DNA from: an uncultured Dehalococcoidia bacterium | Lineage (GTDB): Bacteria; Chloroflexota; Dehalococcoidia; Lucifugimonadales; UBA3495 | NCBI GenBank assembly: GCA_950072105.1 | Contig: CATMOE010000064.1 | Location: 1-19,355 of the forward strand | Direction: 5' to 3' | DNA: 19,355 nt | Shown: piece by piece, positions 1 through 7,315 of the stretch | Numbering within the stretch: position 1 is the stretch's first letter | Layout: each line of letters starts with the position of its first letter | Notes under the pieces: model-generated | What the model was told of the DNA's origin: nothing | Seen by the model: only the letters and a program-made list of their open reading frames with translations | The model's database searches: none | Program-made: the position numbers and the translations under genes

Positions 1-205
1 GAGTTGGAACTGTTGGTCCCCAGGGCGGTTTCGACTGAGACCCAAGAGCCGCAGATTGTGAACACCGGACCAAGGTTGGGATGGGGCTAAAACCCGTCAC
101 CTCAATCACTTCTCACGATGGAAACCGAGCTATCCAAATCCAAGACATTAAACTCTGTGACAGAACTTGAGACGTTGATTCTTAGTTTACTTCGGGTAAC
201 GGCGC

Positions 206-643
206 CTAAGAACCGATGATTTCCTCGTACGTGGGCTCAGGCATCCCCTTTTTCCACGTAGGGTCCCGCAGTTCAAGCCTGTTGCCGCTGGGATCGAAGA
301 AGTACAACTCTCTGCCGGTGAAGACACCCTCGGCACGGTAGGTCAGGTAGGCCACCTGGACCTGATTTTCTTGAAATACCTTGAAGGCCGCGTCCAGCGT
401 CTCCGGACTGACTGTGAACGAGTGGTGCGCCTTTTTCTCAATTTCCGCCATGTCATACACCGGTTCTTCCCGCTCACACAGCAGGATATTATGGTCGCCA
501 ACGTTGAAGCAGGACATCATCGAATTGCCCAAGCGTCCTTTGGCGGTCAAGCCAAGCAGATCGCCGTAGAACTTTTCCGACTCCGCCAGATCGTTGACGG
601 GAATGGACCAATGGGTAACCCCTTCGATCTTTATCACTCCCAT
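206..643 (-). CDS. VOC/glyoxalase superfamily protein (145 aa; start revised from 706 to ATG 643)
   Basis: THWSIPVNDLAESEKFYGDLLGL, HHSF and LYFFDPSGNRLEL motifs. AAGGGGG RBS-like sequence lies just upstream of ATG 643. Confidence 0.88.
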   Translation of the reverse strand: MGVIKIEGVTHWSIPVNDLAESEKFYGDLLGLTAKGRLGNSMMSCFNVGDHNILLCEREEPVYDMAEIEKKAHHSFTVSPETLDAAFKVFQENQVQVAYLTYRAEGVFTGRELYFFDPSGNRLELRDPTWKKGMPEPTYEEIIGS

Positions 644-728
644 GTTAGCCCCCTTATGACTATCTGAGTCCGCCAATGGTATCACGACCGGCGGGCAGCC
701 TTCCATATCGTAGCCCGCATGGCGCCGA

Positions 729-756
729 GTAGGGGCGCACGGCCGTGCGCCCCTAC
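729..756. repeat. GTAG-type REP-like perfect 28-bp palindrome
   Basis: GTAGGGGCGCACGG followed immediately by its exact reverse complement CCGTGCGCCCCTAC. Confidence 0.85.
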
Positions 757-1796
757 ACTAATTGGGGAATCACCCGATCGTTCATCAGCCGCAGGTTGGT
801 CATCTGCAGCTCGTAGGGTATGCGGCGGCCGAAATTAATCTCATAGATTATCTGGTCCAATTGGAGGTCTTCAATCAGTTGCCCCAACCGGTCGACGATA
901 GCCTCGGGAGTGCCGTACACAACCTTGTCCCGCAACCAGTCGTCGTAAGTCATTCCCTGGATATGTTCCGCCTGGGCCTCCCAATTCCCGCTGGTGCCCT
1001 CCCGTGAGGCGCTGCCGGCTACACGCTGGCCCAGGTTATACACCGAGGCCATAGCGCTCTCCATGGGCTGGTTATATGCGTCGTCGGCCTTCTCCGCCGC
1101 ATATACCGGCACCCTTAACCCCACGTTGCCTTCCCCTGGATGTCCGGCTTGCTTCCAGGCTTCCCGGTAGTTCTGTATGTTGGGCGCCAACTCAGCCAGG
1201 GAAAAGACCCGGGAGGGGTTGATGAAGATGGGATATCCCATACGCCCGATGATGGGAAAGGTCTCCGCCGAAGTGATCCCCACTCTTATGGGGGGATGAG
1301 GGTCTTGAAACGGTTTGGGGCGAACCTTCAGGTTGTGACACTGGTAGTGTTCTCCCTCGAAGGAGAACTCCTCGGTGGTCCAGGCCTTCAGGATAATCTC
1401 CAGGTACTCTTCAAACCTGCCCCGGCTTTCGGCGAAAGGCGAGTTGAACGCGTCATGATGGTCGGGGAAAGTGCCCCGGCCTATCCCCAATTCCAGCCTA
1501 CCTTGGCTGATGTGGTCCAGGGTAGCTGTCTCCTCGGCGATCCTGATCGGATTGTTCAGCGGAAGAAGCAGCACGCCGAAACCCAGCCTGATCCGCTTGG
1601 TGCGCGCGGCAACGGCGGTGGCTACGGTGAAAGGAGCGGACAGGACGCTGAACGGAGAGAAATGGTATTCGGCCAGCCAAACCGAGTCCACGCCCATGCT
1701 CTCCGCCTCGTCCACCATGGTAAAGCCTTGGGCAAACGACTCTTGGTCAGTGTAGCCGTCAGGCGTTGGGAATTCAAGGAAAAGTCCGAACTCCAT
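753..1796 (-). CDS. Luciferase-like (LLM class) flavin-dependent monooxygenase
   Basis: VWLAEYHF, AVAARTKRIRLG, NPIRIAEETATLDHISQGRLELGIGRG, FSFEGEHY and PKPFQDPHPP motifs. GGAGG upstream. Confidence 0.93.
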   Translation of the reverse strand: MEFGLFLEFPTPDGYTDQESFAQGFTMVDEAESMGVDSVWLAEYHFSPFSVLSAPFTVATAVAARTKRIRLGFGVLLLPLNNPIRIAEETATLDHISQGRLELGIGRGTFPDHHDAFNSPFAESRGRFEEYLEIILKAWTTEEFSFEGEHYQCHNLKVRPKPFQDPHPPIRVGITSAETFPIIGRMGYPIFINPSRVFSLAELAPNIQNYREAWKQAGHPGEGNVGLRVPVYAAEKADDAYNQPMESAMASVYNLGQRVAGSASREGTSGNWEAQAEHIQGMTYDDWLRDKVVYGTPEAIVDRLGQLIEDLQLDQIIYEINFGRRIPYELQMTNLRLMNDRVIPQLV

Positions 1797-1827
1797 GGGG
1801 CCTCCGGGTTTTGGCGGAATCGTAGCT

Positions 1828-3105
1828 TTATTTTATCGTTGCCGCCGGGGTCTCCGGGTACATGCGGCCCATCAAGGCTTCGCGCCAGTCCAGGTCGAAA
1901 GGAATCACATCCTCGGCCGACCGGATGTTGTAGTAGGTCGGCGCCACACCCGGAGGGTCGCCCCCGTCCATCACCGTGTTCATCGCTTCTTCCAGCATTT
2001 TACGGGTGGTGACGATGGCCATGTCAGAGGGTCCAAGAAATTCCTTGGTACGGTCTACGATACGGCCCATGCTTTCTTGGATGGCGCGGTCCTGTATGTT
2101 GACGCCGGTAATGCCGGTGAAGGTCTCGTTTTTCTGGGTCTCACGGTTAATCATGTAGTCGTTGGAACGGTTTTTAACAGAGCGGAAGCCGTTTTCAACG
2201 TCGATGTCGGTCCCAAAGTTGTTGCCTGAACCCCGGTTGAGACCCTCTTCCGGCAGCAGCGGGTCTTCGCCCCAGCTATAGCCCCAGTTGTAGACCATGA
2301 CGTTATGGTCGTCGATAGGAATCCAGAAATGGCCGTCGACCAACGGCTTTTGGCTGCCGCTGGGCCGGATCTGGGTGAAGGGCATGACGAAGTGATAGGC
2401 ACGCACGTAATTGCCCTCGTCACTCAGAGGCCGGATGCCGTAGTACCGGTAGCCGTAGTCCGTAACGTCCACCTCCAAGGCAGGAGCCGCGCCTTGGACG
2501 AAGGGGGAATCGAACGGTATCCCCGGCTCGTTGGTTTCAGTGGTAGTCCTTCGATGCAGGATCGGGGCGTGGGACGTGTCGATACCCCCTTCCAGAGCTT
2601 GCAGCCAGTTGCACTCCTGCACCACTTTGGTCATGTAGCGGTGGCTCTCGGGGACCTGAGTCCACTCAAACTTAGGCGGCGCCGGCATCTTCTCCACCGG
2701 CCCCATGTAAGCCCAGATCATGCCGCCCAATTCCACCGTCGGATAGGCGGTGAGCTTAACTTTATCCGCGAACTGGTTCGGCTCGTTCATCTGGTCGACG
2801 CAATTTCCATCAACGTCGTATTTCCAGCCGTGATACACGCAGCGCAGCCCGCATTCCTCATTACGTCCGAACCACAAAGAGGCAAGGCGATGGGCGCAGA
2901 ATTCGGCGATGAGGCCGATGCGGCCATTGGTGTCCCGGAAGGCTAGCAGTTCTTCGCCCATGAGCTTGACCCTGACTGGCGGGCAATCAGGTTCCGGAAT
3001 CTCGAAGGATAACAATGCCGGGATCCAGTAACGTCTCAGGGTGTCGCCCATGGGAGTGCCCGGGCCGATGCCGGTCAATAGGTCGTTCTGCTCTCTACTC
3101 AGCAT
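1828..3105 (-). CDS. Rieske non-heme iron oxygenase alpha subunit, phthalate 4,5-dioxygenase/LigXa-like (425 aa; start revised to ATG 3105)
   Basis: Rieske motif CAHR...CVYHGW, mononuclear Fe motif EGGIDTSHAPILH and QDRAIQES. AGGAG upstream of MLSREQN. Confidence 0.92.
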   Translation of the reverse strand: MLSREQNDLLTGIGPGTPMGDTLRRYWIPALLSFEIPEPDCPPVRVKLMGEELLAFRDTNGRIGLIAEFCAHRLASLWFGRNEECGLRCVYHGWKYDVDGNCVDQMNEPNQFADKVKLTAYPTVELGGMIWAYMGPVEKMPAPPKFEWTQVPESHRYMTKVVQECNWLQALEGGIDTSHAPILHRRTTTETNEPGIPFDSPFVQGAAPALEVDVTDYGYRYYGIRPLSDEGNYVRAYHFVMPFTQIRPSGSQKPLVDGHFWIPIDDHNVMVYNWGYSWGEDPLLPEEGLNRGSGNNFGTDIDVENGFRSVKNRSNDYMINRETQKNETFTGITGVNIQDRAIQESMGRIVDRTKEFLGPSDMAIVTTRKMLEEAMNTVMDGGDPPGVAPTYYNIRSAEDVIPFDLDWREALMGRMYPETPAATIK

Positions 3106-3243
3106 AAAACGTCTCCTAGTCCAGGCGAGATCGGGGAGCCGCCCCGCGATGGCCTCAGTATAAAGCATAGGGCCACCGTGGGGTCAAGGAAATCCGGCGG
3201 AACTGGGTTGCCGGAAAGCCGATGGGGGTGAGAGACTAGCCCC

Positions 3244-4542
3244 ATGGCATCAAACGCACCGGAGTTAAACACGCCGGCGGTTCGAGGTATAAACCGCATC
3301 CTACCTTCTTCGATGAGGTACGGCCATTTCCGATTCTACTGGTTGGGCCTTCTAGCCGGAGTGACGGGACACCAGATGTTACTCAGCTTCACCCTGGGTT
3401 GGCTGATGTTCCAATTGACCGGGGAGGAGCGGGACCTGGCGTTCTTGGGGATCGCCATCGCCGTCCCCGCCATGACCCTCAACGTGGTCGGCGGCACCCT
3501 GGCCGACCGTCTGGAACCCAAGTTTTTGGTAGCCATGGCCCAGTCCATCTCGGCAACGGTGGTGGTGGGCCTGGCTCTGTTGGTAATGACGGAACGGGTC
3601 GAGGTGTGGCACCTGCTGGCGGCTGCCGTTACCATCGGCGCATTGCAAGCCTTCGATCAACCAAGCCGGGCCGCCGTATTTCCCCGGCTGGTGGAGCGGG
3701 AACACATCGTCAGCGCCGTGACTATGTCCGAGTTGGTTTGGAACGGCGTACGGGTGTTAGGGCCCACCCTGGCAGGGGTCCTTATAGAGCAATTGAGTAT
3801 CGGAGCCTCCATGTTGTTCAGCGCCGGGACATTTTACATCATGGGGACGGTGACGGCATTCCTCAGACTTAGGCCCCGGCCGCCTGCCACGGGACGTGTA
3901 TTGCAACAGGTGTTCGAAGGTTTGCGCTACGTGAAAAAGCACGAGATTTTTGCTCTCATCATGCTCCTGACATTCTGCAACAGCATGTTCGGTATGACCT
4001 TCATTCACCTCATGCCGTCTTTTGCCAAGGAGGTGCTCGAAGTGGGGGCCGACAAGATTGGCATATTACTGGGCGCTTCTGGCCTAGGGGCAATCCTGGG
4101 CACGATCACCGTCGCCAACCTTCGGGGGCATCACCCGAAAGGACTGGCGATAATAGGCGGGGCCATGGCGTACGGACTGGCGTTAATGTTGTTCGCCGCG
4201 GCCGCCTCCCAGGGTTGGTATTTGATAAGCATGGCCATGCTATTCGTCGTGGGAATCACCAACTCGATCTACTTGGTAGGCGGGATGACCACCATCCAAC
4301 ACCTAGTGCCCGACCGGCTAAGAGGCCGGGTGATGGGTGTGTACGCCATCACCTGGAGCTTGGGTCCATTTGGCATGGTCCAGGGCGGATTCATCGCCCA
4401 GTATTTCGGAGCGCCGGTGGCCGTAGCCGTGGGAGCCGCGATCATCATCTTCGTGGCGATATCCATCCTCTTATACAGCTCCAATCTGCGTGGACTGCGG
4501 GCCCAGATGCCGGCAGAGCTGCAGTTAGCTTACGCCGAGTGA
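3244..4542 (+). CDS. MFS transporter (MFS_3/EntS-like)
   Basis: About 12 hydrophobic segments, GGTLADRL motif A, AFDQPSR and VPDRLRGRVMG. Confidence 0.9.
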   Translation: MASNAPELNTPAVRGINRILPSSMRYGHFRFYWLGLLAGVTGHQMLLSFTLGWLMFQLTGEERDLAFLGIAIAVPAMTLNVVGGTLADRLEPKFLVAMAQSISATVVVGLALLVMTERVEVWHLLAAAVTIGALQAFDQPSRAAVFPRLVEREHIVSAVTMSELVWNGVRVLGPTLAGVLIEQLSIGASMLFSAGTFYIMGTVTAFLRLRPRPPATGRVLQQVFEGLRYVKKHEIFALIMLLTFCNSMFGMTFIHLMPSFAKEVLEVGADKIGILLGASGLGAILGTITVANLRGHHPKGLAIIGGAMAYGLALMLFAAAASQGWYLISMAMLFVVGITNSIYLVGGMTTIQHLVPDRLRGRVMGVYAITWSLGPFGMVQGGFIAQYFGAPVAVAVGAAIIIFVAISILLYSSNLRGLRAQMPAELQLAYAE

Positions 4543-4597
4543 CCCTTGATATCCCAATCCACCTATCGATACCCCAAGACCGGTCCGCGCTCAACGA

Positions 4598-4627
4598 TTG
4601 ACAAGCCCGGGTCGAGGGCCATATTCT
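4598..4627 (+). promoter_or_regulatory. Putative sigma70-type promoter upstream of the rhodanese gene
   Basis: Perfect TTGACA at 4598-4603. Candidate -10 is TATTCT at 4622-4627 (18-nt spacer) or CATATT at 4620-4625 (16-nt spacer). Confidence 0.45.
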
Positions 4628-4714
4628 CTTGCCTGTCCCAATGCGGAATCGCGTAAAAGAACCGATCTGTTTCAGATAACCCAAACTCCAAAAACTCACC
4701 GAGGGAGAATGTAG

Positions 4715-5083
4715 ATGGATAACATTGGACGCAGAATGGTGGAGATCGCCGAGGCGACCGTAGGCTCCATGTCAGCCAAGGAGGTCCACGAAAAGAAGGA
4801 AGCCGGAGAGCAGATAGTGATCCTGGACGTTCGGGAGCCGGACGAATGGGAAAAGGGAGTCATCGAAGGCGCGGTGCTGCTATCCAGAGGGCGCATAGAA
4901 GGCAGATTGGAAGAACTGGTTCCAGACAAGGACGCGCTGATCGTAACCCATTGAATGGGCACCGCGCGAGCTGCCCTGTCAGGGCAGACAATGAAGGCCA
5001 TGGGTTACACCAACGTGGTCTACATGGCCCCTGGATTCAATTCCTGGAAAGAGGAAAACCTTCCCTTTGTTACGCCAAGTTAA
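4715..5083 (+). CDS. Single-domain rhodanese-like sulfurtransferase, probable selenoprotein (122 aa, Sec80 encoded by TGA 4952-4954)
   Basis: LDVREPDEW..G.IEGA...IVTH-[TGA]-MGTARAALSGQTMKAMGYTNVVYMAPGFNSWKEENLPFVTPS-TAA. The TGA aligns with the catalytic Cys, and the downstream frame gives the GY.NV...G...W C-terminal motif. Confidence 0.82.
4971..4987 (+). promoter_or_regulatory. Candidate bacterial SECIS element
   Basis: CTGCCCT-GTC-AGGGCAG is a perfect 7-bp stem with a GU-starting apical loop, 23 nt after the UGA. Confidence 0.65.
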
Positions 5084-5120
5084 GTAACAAACTCAAAACC
5101 GTATCGGCAAGGAGCAGGGT

Positions 5121-5300
5121 CCTTCGACAAGCTCCGTTAGATGAGGGTCGTTCCCCCGTTCGTGGTGAACGGGTAATAGCTGCACATTTTGCGACTGGTT
5201 GAACAGGTGACATTTGCTCGAACCCCATTATGCCACGATTTGTGGCGGGAATTAAGTCCCGCACCAGGCACGAACGGCGACGGGCCGACAGGCACGAAGT
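5121..5300. repeat. Degenerate cluster of REP-like palindrome fragments
   Basis: CCTTCGACAAGCTC (5121-5134) and CCGTTCGTGGTGA (5156-5168) match the arms of the 16978-17045 element. Also small hairpins GCCAC..GTGGC and GCGGGA..TCCCGC, and CAGGCACGAA repeated twice. Confidence 0.55.
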
Positions 5301-5430
5301 TTCGCCATAGCGGCGGCCGCCTTCGCCAACGAAATCCCTTCGTTCATTTTACGTCCTGCTGACAGCACTCCCTTGCGACTCGTACGCCCGCTCCCTAGAG
5401 TCGGTCGTATCCGATTCGGCGGGAGGCCCC

Positions 5431-5726
5431 ATGCCCAAGAAGTCCAATGCCCCGGACGGCGCAGCTCGCCCGAGTATTCCGTGGCGGATCCGGGTTCGGA
5501 AGGATGAGGAGTTCAGGCCGTTGTCTGTGTCGATGGAGAGGACGTTCCTGGGGGGATGTCTATCGGCGGCCGGGTGGAGGAGGATTCCGAGTGGTGAGAG
5601 AACGACCCAGTGTACAAGATGCACTACCGGATCACGTTGGAGGACGGGCGGGAAATGGCAATCTTCAGAATCAATAAGACGGGGAGTTGGTACAAGGCTG
5701 ATACCAACTCCAGCCGGATCGGTTAA
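5431..5726 (+). pseudogene. Disrupted small protein resembling the DUF6504-like family (frameshift at G6 run 5550-5555 plus TGG->TGA at 5595-5597)
   Basis: Frame 1 gives MPKK...WRIRVRKDEEFRPLSV...FLG. The shifted frame gives MSIGGRVEEDSEW*ENDPVYKMHYRITLEDGREMAIFRINKTGSWYK...TAA 5726. The EWW...Y.I.L.DG....IF.....G.WY pattern was recognised from memory. Confidence 0.6.
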
Positions 5727-5824
5727 ACAGTCCGGCGATCACCTTCCAGGCTGGTGACTCAACGGTGACCCATCCTCTGTAAAGTTCCGCAGACAGCACA
5801 AACGAGCAAAATGGGAAGTCATTC

Positions 5825-6016
5825 TTGAGCACTCATGATAAACCAGGAGTCATCAGAAGACTGGTCGTATTTGATTGCCATTGCGGCCACCGGTGGACGG
5901 GTCTTGTTCCTCACCGTCCTGGAGGCGAAACATCCCTAAGCGAACTCCCGCGTGTCTGTCCGAAGTGTAAAAGCGAGGACTGGGATCAGCCTGCCGACCC
6001 ATCCAAAGGCGATTAA
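5825..6016 (+). CDS. Small Zn-ribbon protein (63 aa, TTG start)
   Basis: CHCGHRW...PRVCPKCKSEDWD, two Cys knuckles typical of small zinc-binding proteins. Confidence 0.65.
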   Translation: MSTHDKPGVIRRLVVFDCHCGHRWTGLVPHRPGGETSLSELPRVCPKCKSEDWDQPADPSKGD

Positions 6017-6211
6017 GACAGGGAGTTGGGACCGGGCGGGGGGCAGATTAGTTATCCCTCGCAATTGGGGGAGTACGTGCTTCGGCACCTGCCTCCCGGC
6101 TGTCTGGGATCTTATTGAGTTGTAGGAAATGTTCCCACCGGTCCGCCACAGGGCAATCCTTATATTCTCTCCACGGAATAAAGTTCAGAAAAGCCACAAG
6201 CCCAACCACGG

Positions 6212-7129
6212 TCAGCGGACGGTCTGGTTTCCCAGGTCCAAGACCTTTTCCGCCATCTCCGCGTAGACTCTCCATGAGTCTTCGGGATGTCTTAGAGCCT
6301 CGGGGTCGTCCAGATAAGTGTCCAACAGAACGTAGTCGCAGCCCAAGGCTTCAAGCTCCGCCATGTCGCGGTGTATCTGGTCAAGGGTACCCTCGCCCAC
6401 CACCCGTTCCCCTTCAGGCATCGGTGAACCGGTCACGTGCAGTTTGACTCTGGGGCACAGCGCGGGTACAGGACGCCCCTCCTCGGCAGCAATCTCATTG
6501 AGCCGTGGGATGCCGGTGTTCTTCAACCAGTCCATCCGCATCCGGATGGGATGCCAGGCATCGCCGTAGCGGACGGCGCGGCGCAGAGCGGCGTCGCTGG
6601 GACCGCCCACCCAGATCGGGATATGGGGCGAACGGAAGGGCCGGGGCGCGGTGTCCACGTCCTTGAACGACACATACCGGCCTTCGTAGGAGGCTCGGTC
6701 TTGAGTCCACAGAAGTTTGATGGCTTCCAGGTATTCGTTGGTGATGGCCCCTCTCCTCTTGTATTCCACCCCCAACCCGGCAAATTCCTTTTGTGCCCAG
6801 CCGATACCCACGCCCAGAATAACCCGCCCGCCGCTGAACTGATCGATGTTGGCGAAAGACTTGGCGATCTCCAACGCGCTGCGGTAGGGCACGATCAAGA
6901 CCGTCGTCCCAATCTCGATAGTCGTCGTGATGCCGGCCAGCCAGGCCAGGGTGGACACCGGTTCGTAAAAAGGGGCCGGATAGCGCCCCTGAACATCCGG
7001 CGTGATCCCGATATGGTCGGAAGTCATCAGCAGATGGTAGCCCAGCGCTTCGGTGAGCTGCGCCCAGCGTTTGATAGAATCTGGGCTGGCGCCCGGTCCA
7101 AAGTTAATAAGGTTCACGCCGACTTTCAT
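6212..7129 (-). CDS. LLM class oxidoreductase, probably F420-dependent (Rv2161c-like)
   Basis: LMTSDHI, FYEPVSTLAWLAGIT, IEIGTTVLIVPYR, SGGRVILGVGIGW..EF and PIWVGGPSDAALRRAVRYGDAWHP. GAGGAG RBS. Confidence 0.9.
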   Translation of the reverse strand: MKVGVNLINFGPGASPDSIKRWAQLTEALGYHLLMTSDHIGITPDVQGRYPAPFYEPVSTLAWLAGITTTIEIGTTVLIVPYRSALEIAKSFANIDQFSGGRVILGVGIGWAQKEFAGLGVEYKRRGAITNEYLEAIKLLWTQDRASYEGRYVSFKDVDTAPRPFRSPHIPIWVGGPSDAALRRAVRYGDAWHPIRMRMDWLKNTGIPRLNEIAAEEGRPVPALCPRVKLHVTGSPMPEGERVVGEGTLDQIHRDMAELEALGCDYVLLDTYLDDPEALRHPEDSWRVYAEMAEKVLDLGNQTVR

Positions 7130-7160
7130 TTCAATCTCCTCTACTTGGTGTTGTTAATCA

Positions 7161-7231
7161 GCCACAGAGACACAGAGAACACGGAGTTTTTTATTTTTTT
7201 TAATTCTCTGTGGCCTCTGAGTCTCTGTGGC
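7161..7231. repeat. CACAGAG-type palindromic intergenic repeat, copy 1
   Basis: GCCACAGAGACACAGAG...T-rich loop...CTCTGAGTCTCTGTGGC. A related copy lies at 10481-10536. Confidence 0.8.
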
Positions 7232-7315
7232 AACCCCCGTCCCACAGTCTTGCGCCAATAGTTCCCCAGGCGCATACTGGGCGATGTTCCGAAACTGTTC
7301 ATCGAGAGGCTTTGC

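Noticed and set aside
1140..2946. Long antisense or alternate-frame ORFs (e.g. 1140-2012 and 2305-2946 here; similarly 6437-7261, 10776-11429 and 17692-18342)
   Set aside because: These are shadow ORFs of GC-rich genuine genes and have no motifs.
4659..4673. LexA box-like GAAC...GTTTC upstream of the rhodanese gene
   Set aside because: The spacing does not fit GAAC-N4-GTTC.
4715..4954. 79-aa truncated rhodanese as given in the ORF track
   Set aside because: It would end one residue before the active site, and the in-frame downstream sequence completes the domain. Read-through to 5083 fits better.
5084..5430. CRISPR array, tRNA (including tRNA-Sec) or riboswitch
   Set aside because: No regularly spaced repeats, cloverleaf or recognisable aptamer were found, only degenerate REP fragments. 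A covariance-model search would be needed to fully exclude an ncRNA.
5595..5597. Second in-frame TGA as selenocysteine, or as evidence for TGA=Trp recoding
   Set aside because: It is at a Trp-like position in a gene that is also frameshifted, and no GU-loop hairpin follows. Full-length genes here (MFS 4542, LLM 6212) use TGA as a normal stop.
5431..5757. 108-aa ORF as an intact gene
   Set aside because: After the G run the translation becomes Arg/Gly/Ser-rich and unrecognisable, whereas the shifted frame is protein-like.
6048..6275. 75-aa minus-strand ORF
   Set aside because: It overlaps the LLM 3' end and has no recognisable motif or clear start. A shorter peptide cannot be excluded but is unsupported.
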